Position numbers and translations under genes: made by a program. From an uncultured bacterium (GTDB lineage: Bacteria; Actinomycetota; Thermoleophilia; Solirubrobacterales; 70-9), in NCBI GenBank assembly GCA_963734015.1, contig CAVTFG010000011.1, positions 17,842 to 81,841 of the forward strand: a stretch of 64,000 nt of DNA, given 5' to 3'. The first letter of the stretch is position 1. Each line of letters begins with the position of its first letter. Positions 26,128-36,356 of this stretch are shown piece by piece. Below the pieces are notes generated by a model. It was not told the DNA's origin. It did not search any database and saw nothing but the letters and a program-made list of their open reading frames with translations.

Positions 26128-27218
26128 CCGAGCGCCGCCTCGGCGCCCTCGAAGCGTCCGATGTCGGCGACTTCGTCCTCGAGGGCGTCCATGACCTCGT
26201 CGTCCAGCGGTTCGAACGGATCGAGCGAGACCGTCAGGCGCCTGCCGGAGCGCTTGTTCGACCACAGCCCGGCGAACCGCCCGTCCACGCAGATGGTGGG
26301 GCGCAGCACTCCTCCGCCCGGGAGGATTCGCTGCTCGCCGTTCTCGTCCGTCGCGTGCATCCGGTTCTCGTACCCCATCAGGTAAGTATCGAACGCCGGC
26401 AGTAGCCGGGCGACGGGCAACCGGGGCGTACGCGCCTGCCATCCGCGCGGTGCGAGCGCGGTCGCACCGGGAATCTGAACCTCCCGCAGCTCGCGCGCAA
26501 TCCGCTCGATTCCGACGCGGCACTCCCGCAGCGGCAGGCCCGACCAGAACGCGAAGTCGCGCTCGGTCGCCGGTGCGAATGCGGCGAAGTACCGTCGGGC
26601 CAGCTCGGCGAGCGCGTCCTCGCGGTCACGCCGCTCAGGTTCGCCCACCCACTCGCGGGTTGCGACGAACACGTTCTCGCGCCCTTCGTCGGGCCCGATG
26701 CATGCGTCGCCGCCGACGACAAGGAGCATCGAGAGGTGGGTCCGGGTCTGGACGCTAGCCGGAAAGCCGGCCTCCGCGGCCCGGCGCAGCGCCTCGGTTC
26801 GGGTGAGCCTGCCATCCGCCTCGAGCGCGCGGCGCGCCGCCGCCAGCCCTCGGTCTCGGGCGGCGTCCGACACGCCCAGCGCCGCGAGGCGGCGGAGCGA
26901 GAAGCCCTTGATCCGCTCGGCGAAGATGGGCGCGAGCCACCCGAAGTCCTCGGCCGGGAACAGGTGGACGGTCATCCGCATCACCCAGTGGCGGATGATC
27001 GAGCGCTCATCCACCCGGGCGTGCTCCAGGTCGCTCGCCGTCAGGCCACGGCACCGGGCACGGACCTGAAGCCGGCCGGCACGGGGCTCCTGGGACTGGG
27101 CGCCTCCGATCGCGCGCAGGACGTCGGCGGGGTGCGCGCGTCCGGACGGGCGATGGATCAACTGCGAGCGGGCTCGGAGTGGCGCCAGCCGCCCGGCCGG
27201 GAGCGTGGAACCGCTCAG
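26124..27218 (-). CDS. Winged-helix DNA-binding protein of the AlkZ/YcaQ (DUF1006) DNA-glycosylase-like family
   Basis: Family-typical blocks: RARSQLIHRP, GAQSQEPRAG (Q-x-Q), RHWVMRMTVHLFPAEDF, FAPATERDFAFWSGLP, LPAFDTYLMGY. No ATG/GTG precedes the conserved N-terminus. The start may be CTG 27218 overlapping the upstream TGA (CTGA), or TTG further in. Confidence 0.7.
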   Translation of the reverse strand: MSGSTLPAGRLAPLRARSQLIHRPSGRAHPADVLRAIGGAQSQEPRAGRLQVRARCRGLTASDLEHARVDERSIIRHWVMRMTVHLFPAEDFGWLAPIFAERIKGFSLRRLAALGVSDAARDRGLAAARRALEADGRLTRTEALRRAAEAGFPASVQTRTHLSMLLVVGGDACIGPDEGRENVFVATREWVGEPERRDREDALAELARRYFAAFAPATERDFAFWSGLPLRECRVGIERIARELREVQIPGATALAPRGWQARTPRLPVARLLPAFDTYLMGYENRMHATDENGEQRILPGGGVLRPTICVDGRFAGLWSNKRSGRRLTVSLDPFEPLDDEVMDALEDEVADIGRFEGAEAALG

Positions 27219-27577
27219 CGAGCCTTCCTCAGCTTCGAGCGGGCTTCCTGCTTGGTGATGACCTGTCCGACCAGCTGCTGGATCCGCTGGTCGCCCTCGA
27301 TCCGGACGTGCCCGTGGTCGTAGGCCTCGTGCCAATGGCTGATCCTGCCGTCGGCGGCGAGCTCGTTGAAATGCGAGCGCGGGATCGACACGTGCAGGCG
27401 CTCGTCCTCGGCGTAGCCCTTCGAGACCTTCGGACCCGGCAGCTCGACCCGGTAGAGCTGCGTGTCTCCGCGGCCGCGCAGCTCGAGCCCGATCACGATC
27501 TTGAGGCTGGCCAGCGCCGGCACCTCCTGCTGGATGCCCGCGACGGCTTGCTCGATGAGCTGGCCGGTGGAGGCCAC
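27215..27577 (-). CDS. Small SCP2/sterol-carrier-like protein (tentative)
   Basis: 120-aa ORF starting at a GTG 2 nt after the acyl-CoA dehydrogenase stop. An alpha/beta pattern resembling SCP2 domains; weak assignment. Confidence 0.45.
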   Translation of the reverse strand: MASTGQLIEQAVAGIQQEVPALASLKIVIGLELRGRGDTQLYRVELPGPKVSKGYAEDERLHVSIPRSHFNELAADGRISHWHEAYDHGHVRIEGDQRIQQLVGQVITKQEARSKLRKAR

Positions 27578-27579
27578 CG

Positions 27580-28791
27580 CTAGATCTTGTGCCTCTCGAG
27601 CAGCTTCTTCCCAATCACCATGCGCTGGATCTCGGAGGTACCCTCGCCGATGAGGAGCAGCGGTGCGTCGCGGTAGAGCCGCTCGATCTCGTACTCCTTC
27701 GAATAGCCGTATCCGCCGTGGATGCGGAAGCACTCCTCGACGCACTCCTTGCCGGTCTCCGAGGCGAGCAGCTTCGCCATCCCGGCCTCCAGGTCGGAGC
27801 GCTCCCCCGCGTCCTTCATGCGGGCGGCCTTGCGGGTGATGAGCCGTGCCGCCTCGACCTTGGTCGCCATGTCGGCGAGCTTGAACTGGATCGCCTGGTG
27901 CTGGGCGATCGGCTTGCCGAAGGTCTTGCGCTCCTGCGAGTACGCGAGCGCCAGTTCGAGCGCCCGTTGCGCGATGCCCACGCCGCGCGCCGCGACGTTC
28001 ACCCGGCCGACCTCGAGCGCGTCCATCATCTGGCGGAAGCCCTCGCCGACGCCGTCGGGGCCGCCGAGGATGCGCTCCTCGGGGCACCGGTAGCCGTCGT
28101 AGACGAGCTCCGTGGACTCGACGCCCTTGTAGCCCATCTTCTTGATCTTTGGAGGCACCTCGAGCCCGGCGAACTCGCCCTCGTTCTTATCGGCCCAGGG
28201 CTCCTTCTCGGTGATGAAGCAGGTCATGCCCTTGTAGGGAGGGTCGGCCTTGGGGTCCGTCTTCACGAGGACGAACACGACGCCCGAACCGAGGCCGTTC
28301 GTGACCCACATCTTCTGGCCGTTGATCTCCCACTTGCCGTCCTCGCCCTGCTTGGCGGTGGACTTGATGCCCTGGACGTCGGAGCCGACCTCGGGCTCCG
28401 AGAGCGAGAAGGCGGCGCGGATCTCGCCGGTCGCCATCTTCGGCAGGAAATGGTCCTTCTGCTCGTCGGTGCCGAACTTCATCAGCAGGTAGGAGCCGAT
28501 GAAGTGCGTGTTCACCACGCCGGAGATCGAGATCCAGCCGCGCGAGAGCTCCTCGACGATCATCGCGTACGTGGTCAGGTCGAGGCCCATGCCGCCGTAC
28601 TCCTCGGGGATCGTGACGCCGAAGAGGCCGAGCTCCTTCATCTGCTCGACGATCGGCTCCGGGAACTTGTCTTCCGCGTCGTACTCCCCGGCGTGCGGGA
28701 TGATCTCGTTGTCGACGAACTGGCGGACCATCTCGATGATCGCCTGCTGGTCGTCGGTCATCTCCTGGTACGGGGCGGTCGCTACGGCCAT
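27580..28791 (-). CDS. Acyl-CoA dehydrogenase
   Basis: 403 aa with canonical ACAD blocks (AFSLSEPEVGSD, GQKMWVTNG, ERKTFGKPI, IHGGYGYSKEYEIERLYRDA...IGEGTSEIQ). Confidence 0.92.
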   Translation of the reverse strand: MAVATAPYQEMTDDQQAIIEMVRQFVDNEIIPHAGEYDAEDKFPEPIVEQMKELGLFGVTIPEEYGGMGLDLTTYAMIVEELSRGWISISGVVNTHFIGSYLLMKFGTDEQKDHFLPKMATGEIRAAFSLSEPEVGSDVQGIKSTAKQGEDGKWEINGQKMWVTNGLGSGVVFVLVKTDPKADPPYKGMTCFITEKEPWADKNEGEFAGLEVPPKIKKMGYKGVESTELVYDGYRCPEERILGGPDGVGEGFRQMMDALEVGRVNVAARGVGIAQRALELALAYSQERKTFGKPIAQHQAIQFKLADMATKVEAARLITRKAARMKDAGERSDLEAGMAKLLASETGKECVEECFRIHGGYGYSKEYEIERLYRDAPLLLIGEGTSEIQRMVIGKKLLERHKI

Positions 28792-28837
28792 GGCTCCTGT
28801 CTTCGGGTCGCTTCGGGCGCCAGAGGATATTCGAGAG

Positions 28838-29293
28838 TCAGAGCTCCCAACCGAAGCAGCGGGAGCTCCAGCTCGGGCCCTCGCGCTCGTAGAAGCGGTG
28901 GGCGTCGGGGCGCGCGTCGGCGGAGTCGAGCTCCAGGTGCGTCGCCCCGCGCTCCTTCGCCCAGGCTTTCGCGGCGTCCAGGAGCGCCTTACCGATCCCC
29001 TCGGAGCGCCGGGCGGGAGCGACGGCCAGGTCCTCGACCCAGGCCCGGTAGCCGAAGCGCACCGAGTGCATGTCCTGGTAGCCGGTGCAGAAGCCGACGA
29101 GCTCCCCTCCGCCGTCGGCTACCAGCACCACGGAGTCATGCGACTCGATCGCCTGACGCATCGCCACGGCCGCCCTCGCGTCGTCCCACAGGTCGGGCTT
29201 GCCACCCGGCGGCGCGAACAGCCACTCGTAGAGCCGCAGCAGATCGGGGACCTCGTCTTCCCGCGCCGCCCTGATCTCGATCTCATCCGCCAT
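28838..29293 (-). CDS. GNAT-family N-acetyltransferase
   Basis: 151 aa with the motif-A region [11 protein letters not shown]. Confidence 0.8.
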   Translation of the reverse strand: MADEIEIRAAREDEVPDLLRLYEWLFAPPGGKPDLWDDARAAVAMRQAIESHDSVVLVADGGGELVGFCTGYQDMHSVRFGYRAWVEDLAVAPARRSEGIGKALLDAAKAWAKERGATHLELDSADARPDAHRFYEREGPSWSSRCFGWEL

Positions 29294-29427
29294 CTCGTCC
29301 GCTCAGGATGCCACTAACGCTTCCGGCACTCGCATATCGTTCCGGCGAGCGAGGCGGAGTCCGAAGGACGAAGCCGAGCCCCGCCGTTGTCGAGGCGGCG
29401 TATATCCCAAGAACAGGAGATCCACCC

Positions 29428-30477
29428 TTGAGAAACCCCCGAGACTTCGCCAAGCCGCTCGCGATCGGCGCCCCCGATCCGGTGCTCGAGGTCCCGTTCA
29501 CGCCATCCCGGATGATCCACTTCTTCGACGCCTCGAACGAGAAGATGGCGGCCAAGGTGCCGGACATGGCAAAGCAGGCCGACATCCTGCTCGGCAACCT
29601 CGAGGACGCGATCCCGGTCGACAAGAAGGAGGCTGCGCGCGAGGGCCTGGTGCGCGTCGCCAAGGAGGTCGACTTCGGCGAGACCGCGCTGTGGACGCGG
29701 GTGAATTCGCTCGAGAGCCCGTGGGTGCTCGACGACCTGACCACGCTCGTCACCGAGATCGGCGACAAGCTCTCCGTGATCATGGTGCCCAAGGTCGAGG
29801 GCGCCTGGGACATCCACTACGTGGATCGGCTGCTCGCCCAGCTCGAGGCCAAGGCCGGCCTCGAGCGCCCGCTCCTGGTGCACGCGATCCTCGAGACCTC
29901 ACAAGGCGTGGTGAACCTGGAGGAGATCGCGACGGCGAGCCCCCGGATGCAGGGGATGAGCTTCGGGCCCGCCGACCTCGCGGCGTCACGCCGCATGAAG
30001 ACGACCCGGGTGGGCGGCGGCCATCCCGGCTACCTCGTGATCAATGACCCGGACCCCGAGGACGAGGATGCTCCGCGCGCGACCGCCCAGCAGGATCCGT
30101 GGCACTACTCGATCGCCCGCATGGTCGACGCCTGCACATCGGCCGGGATCCTCCCCTTCTACGGCCCCTACGGGGACATCAAGGACGTCCAGGGCTGCGA
30201 GGCGCAGTTCCGGGCCGCGTTCCTCCTGGGCTGCGTCGGCGCCTGGTCGCTCCATCCGGTCCAGATCGAGATCGCGAAGAAGGTTTTCTCGCCCGACCCC
30301 GAGGAGGTCAAGTTCGCCAAGAAGGTGATCGAGGCGATCCCCGACGGCCGCGGCGTCCACATGATCGACGGCAAGATGCAGGACGACGCAACCTGGAAGC
30401 AGTGCAAGGTGATGGTCGAGCTCGCCGAGCTGCTGGCGGCGAAGGACCCGGAGCTGAAGGCGGCGTACGAGCTCTAG
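29428..30477 (+). CDS. mcl: L-malyl-CoA/beta-methylmalyl-CoA lyase (HpcH/CitE-like, Chloroflexus Mcl type)
   Basis: From memory of Chloroflexus Mcl, similarity runs end to end: [81 protein letters not shown] start at 29428 lies 7 nt after CAGGAGA and matches homologue length; the track ORF starts at ATG 29308. Confidence 0.88.
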   Translation: MRNPRDFAKPLAIGAPDPVLEVPFTPSRMIHFFDASNEKMAAKVPDMAKQADILLGNLEDAIPVDKKEAAREGLVRVAKEVDFGETALWTRVNSLESPWVLDDLTTLVTEIGDKLSVIMVPKVEGAWDIHYVDRLLAQLEAKAGLERPLLVHAILETSQGVVNLEEIATASPRMQGMSFGPADLAASRRMKTTRVGGGHPGYLVINDPDPEDEDAPRATAQQDPWHYSIARMVDACTSAGILPFYGPYGDIKDVQGCEAQFRAAFLLGCVGAWSLHPVQIEIAKKVFSPDPEEVKFAKKVIEAIPDGRGVHMIDGKMQDDATWKQCKVMVELAELLAAKDPELKAAYEL

Positions 30478-31208
30478 CTCGTGCCGGTTGCGCGCGCGAA
30501 CTCGTTCAGGATGCCCGCCAGCTCGTTCGGCTTGCTCAGCATCGGCAGGTGCCCAGTGGCGATCTCCGGGTCCTGCCCGGCGCCGAGGTTGCGTGCCATC
30601 CGCCGCTGCAGCGCGGAACCGAACTCCTTGTCCTCGGTCAGGTGGACGTAGATCCGCGGGACTTCCGGGACCGCCGCGTCCACGCGCTCGAAGTACACCG
30701 CGCGGCTCTCGGGCTGAAACCGGCGCACCACCTCGTCGGTCGTCTGCTCGTCGAGGTCGTTGCACTGGCCGCTGCGAAGCGCCGATGCCGGCGGCTTCGT
30801 CCCGGCGACCCGCATCGCGATGCTGAGAAACGCACGCTTCGGAAGCGGTAGCGACGTGAGGAAGGATCCGCCGTCGGGCGGGATCGCCGCGCCCACGCCC
30901 GCGAAGCCGGCGACGCGGCCACCCAGCCCGGCGGCCAGTCTCAGCGCGATGATGCCGCCAAGCGAGTGGGCGACGAGCGCCAGCCGGTCAGCCGGAAACG
31001 CATCCACCTGCTCGCGCACGTGCCGGACGTAGTCGTCGAGGCTCAGCCGCGTCCGCGCGTCGACGGCCCCGTGCCGCTCGGGAAAATCCGCGAACAGGTA
31101 CGGGAACTCAAGCTCGGGCGCCATCCCCTCCCAGATCCAGCCACCCAGGCCCGCGCCGTGAACGAAGACCAGACCGAGCTCGCCGGTGTCCTCGGTGCTG
31201 GAATCCAC
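30474..31208 (-). CDS. Alpha/beta-fold hydrolase
   Basis: Nucleophile elbow VAHSLGG and HGAG oxyanion region; 244 aa. Confidence 0.8.
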   Translation of the reverse strand: MDSSTEDTGELGLVFVHGAGLGGWIWEGMAPELEFPYLFADFPERHGAVDARTRLSLDDYVRHVREQVDAFPADRLALVAHSLGGIIALRLAAGLGGRVAGFAGVGAAIPPDGGSFLTSLPLPKRAFLSIAMRVAGTKPPASALRSGQCNDLDEQTTDEVVRRFQPESRAVYFERVDAAVPEVPRIYVHLTEDKEFGSALQRRMARNLGAGQDPEIATGHLPMLSKPNELAGILNEFARATGTS

Positions 31209-31306
31209 GATCGGATCATTCCACGATGCCGAACGTGGCCGGCGAGGCTGATCCGCACGCGATCCGAGCAGAGCTGGACGCTGAGCATGCGCGCTCGTGA
31301 TCGCCG

Positions 31307-32977
31307 ATGATGTGCGGCGTGACCACCGAGTCGCACGAGATCGTCAGGCAACGGCGGATCTACGTCACCGGCCACCGCAACCCGGATCTCGACTCGATCG
31401 CGTCCGCAATTGGCTACGCGGAACTCAAGGCGCGCGTGGACGCGGCGAACGAGTACGTCCCCGTTCGCCTCGGCGAGGTGAACGCGCAGACGGAGTGGGC
31501 GCTGGAGCGCAGCGGCGCCACCCTCCCCGCGGCGATGAACCATGTCTTTCTCCGGGTGCGCGACGTGATGCGGGAGAGCTTCCCGGTGGCGCGCCACGAC
31601 GAGCCGGTGCGCTCGGTGGGCCTCACCATGGCGCACGAGAACCTCGACATCGTCCCGATCGTGGACTCCGACGGTCGGCTGATCGGCGTGATGACCGAGC
31701 GGGCGCTCGCCCATCGCTACATCCGCGAGTCGCGTACGACCTCGACACTCGTCGACGCGCCAACGACCGTCGGCAAGATCGTGGAGGTCCTCGACGGCGA
31801 ACTCGTCCAGGGCTCGGACCGGATGATCGAGGGCCGCGTCTGGGTCCACTCGATCGACCCGCAGCGCTCGCAGAGCCAGATCTCCGCGGGGGACGTCGTG
31901 GTCGCGGGCAATCGCGTGGACGCACAGCGGCAGGCCCTGGAGCTCGGCGCCGCCCTGCTGGTCGCCTCGAACGGCATGAGGCCCGAGCCCGAGATCCTCG
32001 AGTTGGCGGCGGAGCGGGACGCCACGGTGATCGTCAGCCCCCTCGACAGCTACGTCTCAAGCCGCATGATCACCCTGGCGGCTCCCTGCCGCGCGCTCGC
32101 AGACGCGGAGCCGCTCACGGTCGACCGCGACGACCTCGTCTCCGAGATCTCAGAGGACATCAAGGACGTGCACTACCGCGCGGCGGTGGCCGTCGACCGC
32201 GCCGGCAGGCCGGTCGGCCTGGTCACGCGCTCCGACCTCGTGTCCCCGAGGCCCCGCCGGGTGCTGCTGGTCGACCACGCGGAGCAGGCGCAGAGCGTGC
32301 CGGGCGTCGAGGAGGCCGAGATCGTCGAGATCCTCGACCACCACCACATCGGGTCGATCGAGACGCGGATCCCCGTGCGCGCGACGTTCGACCCCGTGGG
32401 GTCGACGGCGACGCTGGTGGTCGAGCGCTTTCGCCAGAACGGGATGGAGCCGAGCGCTCCGGCCGCGGCAATGCTGCTGGCCGCGGTCCTCTCCGACACC
32501 GTCCTGCTCAACTCGCCGACGACGACGGACCGCGACCGAGTTGTCGTCGAGTTCCTGGAAAAGGCACTTGGCGTGGACGCGACCGAGTTCGGCGGTGAGA
32601 TGTTCGAGGCGGGATCCGACGTCACCGGCGTCTCTGCCGACGAGATCGTCCGCCGCGACACCAAGGAGTACACGCTCGCGAACGGCGACACGCTCGCGAT
32701 CGCCCAGATCGAGGTGGTCGGCAAGGCGCTGCTCGACCGCGGGGCCGAACTGCGCGAGGCGCTCGAGCGGATGCGCGAGGCGGACGGCCACGCGTTCGCG
32801 GCGCTGATGGTCACCGACATCCTCAGCAAGGGCACGGACCTGCTCGTAGCGGGCGACGCCGCCCCGGTCGAGCGGGCGTTCGGGAAGTCGCTGGAGAACG
32901 GAGCCCTGCCCCTCCCGGCCGTGATGAGCCGGAAGAAGCAGGTCGCTCCGAAGCTCCTGGGCGCGTTCGCCTCCTAG
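31307..32977 (+). CDS. CBS-domain-containing family II (DHH/DHHA2) inorganic pyrophosphatase
   Basis: DHH motifs (GHRNPDLDSIAS, LVDHAE, DHHHIG), an inserted CBS/DRTGG region and a DHHA2 tail. Confidence 0.85.
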   Translation: MMCGVTTESHEIVRQRRIYVTGHRNPDLDSIASAIGYAELKARVDAANEYVPVRLGEVNAQTEWALERSGATLPAAMNHVFLRVRDVMRESFPVARHDEPVRSVGLTMAHENLDIVPIVDSDGRLIGVMTERALAHRYIRESRTTSTLVDAPTTVGKIVEVLDGELVQGSDRMIEGRVWVHSIDPQRSQSQISAGDVVVAGNRVDAQRQALELGAALLVASNGMRPEPEILELAAERDATVIVSPLDSYVSSRMITLAAPCRALADAEPLTVDRDDLVSEISEDIKDVHYRAAVAVDRAGRPVGLVTRSDLVSPRPRRVLLVDHAEQAQSVPGVEEAEIVEILDHHHIGSIETRIPVRATFDPVGSTATLVVERFRQNGMEPSAPAAAMLLAAVLSDTVLLNSPTTTDRDRVVVEFLEKALGVDATEFGGEMFEAGSDVTGVSADEIVRRDTKEYTLANGDTLAIAQIEVVGKALLDRGAELREALERMREADGHAFAALMVTDILSKGTDLLVAGDAAPVERAFGKSLENGALPLPAVMSRKKQVAPKLLGAFAS

Positions 32978-33046
32978 CCGATGAAGTTGGCGTACGTCCC
33001 GTTCAGGTCCGGCTGGCCCGGAACGACACGGACGGGAGTCAAGTGA

Positions 33047-34861
33047 CTACGAGAGCTTCCGCTTGAGGTCCGCGAGCTGGTCGCGCACGGGCTGTGGCAG
33101 ACGGTCGCCGAATTGCGCCAGATGCTCCTCGACCTGGGGAAGCTCCTCGCGGAGCTGCGCAGGGTCGAAGGTGGTCAGCTCCCGCATCGCATCATCGGTG
33201 ACGTCCAAGCCGTCGGTGTTGATCGCGCCCGGCGCCGGGACCAGTCCGATCGGGGTCTCGGTGGCCTCGGCGTCGCCGTCGCAGCGGCGGAACACCCACT
33301 CGAGGACGCGGCTGTTCTCGCCGAACCCCGGCCACAGGAAACGGCCTTCGGCGTCCTTGCGAAACCAGTTCACGTAGAAGACCTTCGGGAGCTTGTCGGC
33401 GTCGCCGCGCTCGCCGATCGCGAGCCAATGGGCCATGTAGTCAGCCATGTTGTAGCCGCAGAAGGGCAGCATCGCGAAGGGGTCGAACCGGAGTTGGCCG
33501 ACCGTCCCGAAGGCCGCGGCCGTCTGCTCGGAGCTCATCGTCGCGCCGAGGAACACGCCGTGCTCCCAGTCGAACGCCTCGCGCACGAGCGGAACGTTGG
33601 TGGCCCGGCGGCCGCCGAAGAGGAACGCGTCGATCGGCACGCCCGCGGGGTCCTCCCATTCGGCGGCGATGGAGGGTGCCTGCGCGGCCGGGACCGTGAA
33701 GCGCGCGTTGGGGTGCGCCGCAGGGTCCTCGGATTCGGGCGTCCATTCGTTGCCGTGCCAGTCGATCGCGTGCGCCGGTGGCTCGGAGGTCATCCCCTCC
33801 CACCAGATGTCGCCGTCGTCGGTCAGCGCGCAGTTCGTGAAGATCGTGTTCTTCTCGATCGCGTCCATCGCGTTCGGGTTCGTCTTGTAGCCCGTGCCGG
33901 GCGCCACGCCGAAGAAACCGGCCTCCGGGTTGATCGCGTAGAGCCGCCCGTCATCGCCGAACTTCATCCACGCGATGTCGTCGCCGACCGTCTCGACGGT
34001 CCAGCCCTCGAGGGTCGGGATCAGCATCGCCAGGTTCGTCTTGCCGCACGCGGACGGGAACGCGCCCGTCACATACTTCACCTCGCCCTCCGGGGAGGTC
34101 AGCTTCAGGATCAGCATGTGCTCGGCCATCCAACCCTCGTCGCGTGCCATGACCGAGGCGATCCGCAGCGCGAAGCACTTCTTGCCGAGCAGCGCGTTGC
34201 CGCCGTATCCCGAGCCGTATGACCAGATCTCGCGCGACTCGGGGTAGTGGACGATGTACTTGACCTCGGCGTTGGTCGGCCACGGGGTGTCCTTCTCGCC
34301 CTCGCCGAGCGGGGCGCCCACGGAGTGCACGCAGGGCACGAACTCGCCGTCCGCCCCGAGGACGTCGAGCGCGCCCTTGCCCATGCGGGTCATGATCCGC
34401 ATGGAGACCACCACGTACGGGGAGTCCGTCAGCTGCACGCCCACGTGGGACTTGTCGGAGCCGAGCGGGCCCATCGAGAACGGGACGACGTACATCGTCC
34501 GGCCCTTCATCGAGCCCGCGAAGAGCTCGTTCATCGTCTCGCGCATCTCAGCCGGGGCGCGCCAGTTGTTGGTCGGGCCGGCCTGGTCCTCGGACTCGGC
34601 GCAGATGAACGTGCGGTCCTCGACGCGGGCGACGTCCGAGGGGTCGGACCAGGCGAGGTAGGAGTTCGGGCGCTTAGCGTCCGCGAGCCGCCGGAAGGTG
34701 CCGGCATCGACGAGCTCCTGGCAGAGCCGGTCGTACTCCTCGGCGGTGCCGACGCACCAGTGGATCGCGTCGGGCTTGGTCAGCCCGGCGATCTCGTCGA
34801 CCCACGCGACCAGCTTCTCGTTCTTGGTGGGGATCTCGGTCGCGGCGGCGGTCTCGCTCAC
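33047..34861 (-). CDS. pckG: Phosphoenolpyruvate carboxykinase (GTP)
   Basis: 604 aa with GTP-PEPCK kinase-1a [35 protein letters not shown] and [16 protein letters not shown] start with AAGGAG SD. Confidence 0.95.
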   Translation of the reverse strand: MSETAAATEIPTKNEKLVAWVDEIAGLTKPDAIHWCVGTAEEYDRLCQELVDAGTFRRLADAKRPNSYLAWSDPSDVARVEDRTFICAESEDQAGPTNNWRAPAEMRETMNELFAGSMKGRTMYVVPFSMGPLGSDKSHVGVQLTDSPYVVVSMRIMTRMGKGALDVLGADGEFVPCVHSVGAPLGEGEKDTPWPTNAEVKYIVHYPESREIWSYGSGYGGNALLGKKCFALRIASVMARDEGWMAEHMLILKLTSPEGEVKYVTGAFPSACGKTNLAMLIPTLEGWTVETVGDDIAWMKFGDDGRLYAINPEAGFFGVAPGTGYKTNPNAMDAIEKNTIFTNCALTDDGDIWWEGMTSEPPAHAIDWHGNEWTPESEDPAAHPNARFTVPAAQAPSIAAEWEDPAGVPIDAFLFGGRRATNVPLVREAFDWEHGVFLGATMSSEQTAAAFGTVGQLRFDPFAMLPFCGYNMADYMAHWLAIGERGDADKLPKVFYVNWFRKDAEGRFLWPGFGENSRVLEWVFRRCDGDAEATETPIGLVPAPGAINTDGLDVTDDAMRELTTFDPAQLREELPQVEEHLAQFGDRLPQPVRDQLADLKRKLS

Positions 34862-34959
34862 TGGTAAAGCAACTCCTTGTCGGAAAGAATCGGGCCGTCG
34901 GGCCCGTGATGGATGGACGGCGCAGGGACCCCGGCCCCCGCGCGGTAGGACAGCTCATT

Positions 34960-35016
34960 CTGACGCACCGCAGGACCTGATGGCGTCAGGTGACCGGACG
35001 GTCAGTCCGGTTTTCT
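34960..35016 (+). promoter_or_regulatory. Two adjacent hairpins followed by a T-run in the 280-nt pckG/SCS-like intergenic region (attenuator, small-RNA terminator or leader structure)
   Basis: CTGACGC...GCGTCAG (34960-34989, with inner CAGG/CCTG), then ACCGGAC-GGTCA-GTCCGGT (34993-35011), then TTTCTG. No plus-strand gene lies upstream. Confidence 0.35.
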
Positions 35017-35141
35017 GTCCCGGTTGCAGGAAGAACACCGCGCCTTCGGTGGCGAACTTGGCGAGCGGCTCGCCATCTCGCGAGCGCGCTCCGATAGATT
35101 TCCGCGCCGCGCGCCGGGGCTCCCGGCGCACCCTCCCGCCA

Positions 35142-36356
35142 ATGCGCTTTTACGAGTACGAATCACGCCGCATCGTCGAGCGGGCCGGAATCCCGGTCAC
35201 CGAGTACGGGTTCTGCCGCTCGAGCGAGGAGGCGAAGGAAGCCGCCGAGCGGATCGGCGGCCCGACCGTGATCAAGTCGCAGGTCTTGACGGGCGGCCGG
35301 ATGAAGGCGGGCGGCGTCAAGTTCGCCGACACCCCGGAGGAGGCCGCCGCGCACGCAGCCGAGATCCTGGAGCTGGAGATCGGCGGCCACATGCCGGTCG
35401 GCGTCCTCGTCGACCCCAAGGCCGAGGTCGAGCAGGAGTACTACGCGGCGGTGCTCTGGGACGGGCGGGCGAAGCGCCCGATGATGCTGTTCAGCGACAT
35501 GGGCGGCATCGACATCGAGCAGGTGGCCTCCGAACACCCCGACCACGTTGGCCGCGGCCATCTTTCGAACCTCCACCCCATCTCCGACTTCCGGGCGAAG
35601 GAGGTCGTCTCACGGGTCGGGATGACCGGCTCCGGGCTGAACCGCGCAACCGCGGTGCTCGCACGCCTCGCACGCCTGCAGCGCGACTACGACATGACCC
35701 TGGCCGAGATCAACCCGCTCGCCCGCCTCTCCGACGGCTCCTTCGTCGCGCTCGACGCGCACATGGAGATGGAGGACGAGGCCGTCGGCCGCCACAGCGC
35801 GATGCTCCACGAGATCGGCGTGGACCTGGACGAGCCGCGCGAGCTCTACGAGCCGAGCGAGTTCGAGCGGAACGTCAAGGCGATCGACGCCGCCGACCAC
35901 CGGGGCGTGATCCAGGGCAAGGACCACGGGTTCCAGGGCAACCTCGGGCTGGTGATCGGTGCCGGCGGCGGCTCGCTGACCCTCACCGACGCGGTCCGGT
36001 CACAGGGCGGCAAGCCCGCGAACTACGCCGAGATCGGCGGCAACCCCTCGGTCGCCAAGGCGAAGGGGCTCGCGATGGAGGTCCTGCGCAAGGACGGGGT
36101 CGAGAAGATCGCGGTGATGATGTCGATCGTCTCCAACACCCGGGTCGACATCGTCGCGCGCGGCGTGATCAAGGCCTGCCTGGAGCTCGGCAAGGACCCC
36201 GCGGAGACCATCGCCGTGTTCCGGATCCCCGGCGCCTGGGAGGAAGAGGGCGCGAAGATCCTGGGCAAGTACGGGATCGAGTTCAACGACCGCTCGGTGA
36301 GCATGTGGGATGCGGCGGGCACCGCCGTCGCGAAGATCCAGGGTGATTCCGCGTGA
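35142..36356 (+). CDS. Succinate-CoA ligase beta-subunit-like ATP-grasp protein (divergent; substrate uncertain)
   Basis: MRFYEYESRRIVERAGIPV, LTGGRMKAGGVKFA, EINPL and GKPANYAEIGGNPS parallel the SucC blocks but diverge in places (AGGG instead of NGAG). Confidence 0.75.
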   Translation: MRFYEYESRRIVERAGIPVTEYGFCRSSEEAKEAAERIGGPTVIKSQVLTGGRMKAGGVKFADTPEEAAAHAAEILELEIGGHMPVGVLVDPKAEVEQEYYAAVLWDGRAKRPMMLFSDMGGIDIEQVASEHPDHVGRGHLSNLHPISDFRAKEVVSRVGMTGSGLNRATAVLARLARLQRDYDMTLAEINPLARLSDGSFVALDAHMEMEDEAVGRHSAMLHEIGVDLDEPRELYEPSEFERNVKAIDAADHRGVIQGKDHGFQGNLGLVIGAGGGSLTLTDAVRSQGGKPANYAEIGGNPSVAKAKGLAMEVLRKDGVEKIAVMMSIVSNTRVDIVARGVIKACLELGKDPAETIAVFRIPGAWEEEGAKILGKYGIEFNDRSVSMWDAAGTAVAKIQGDSA

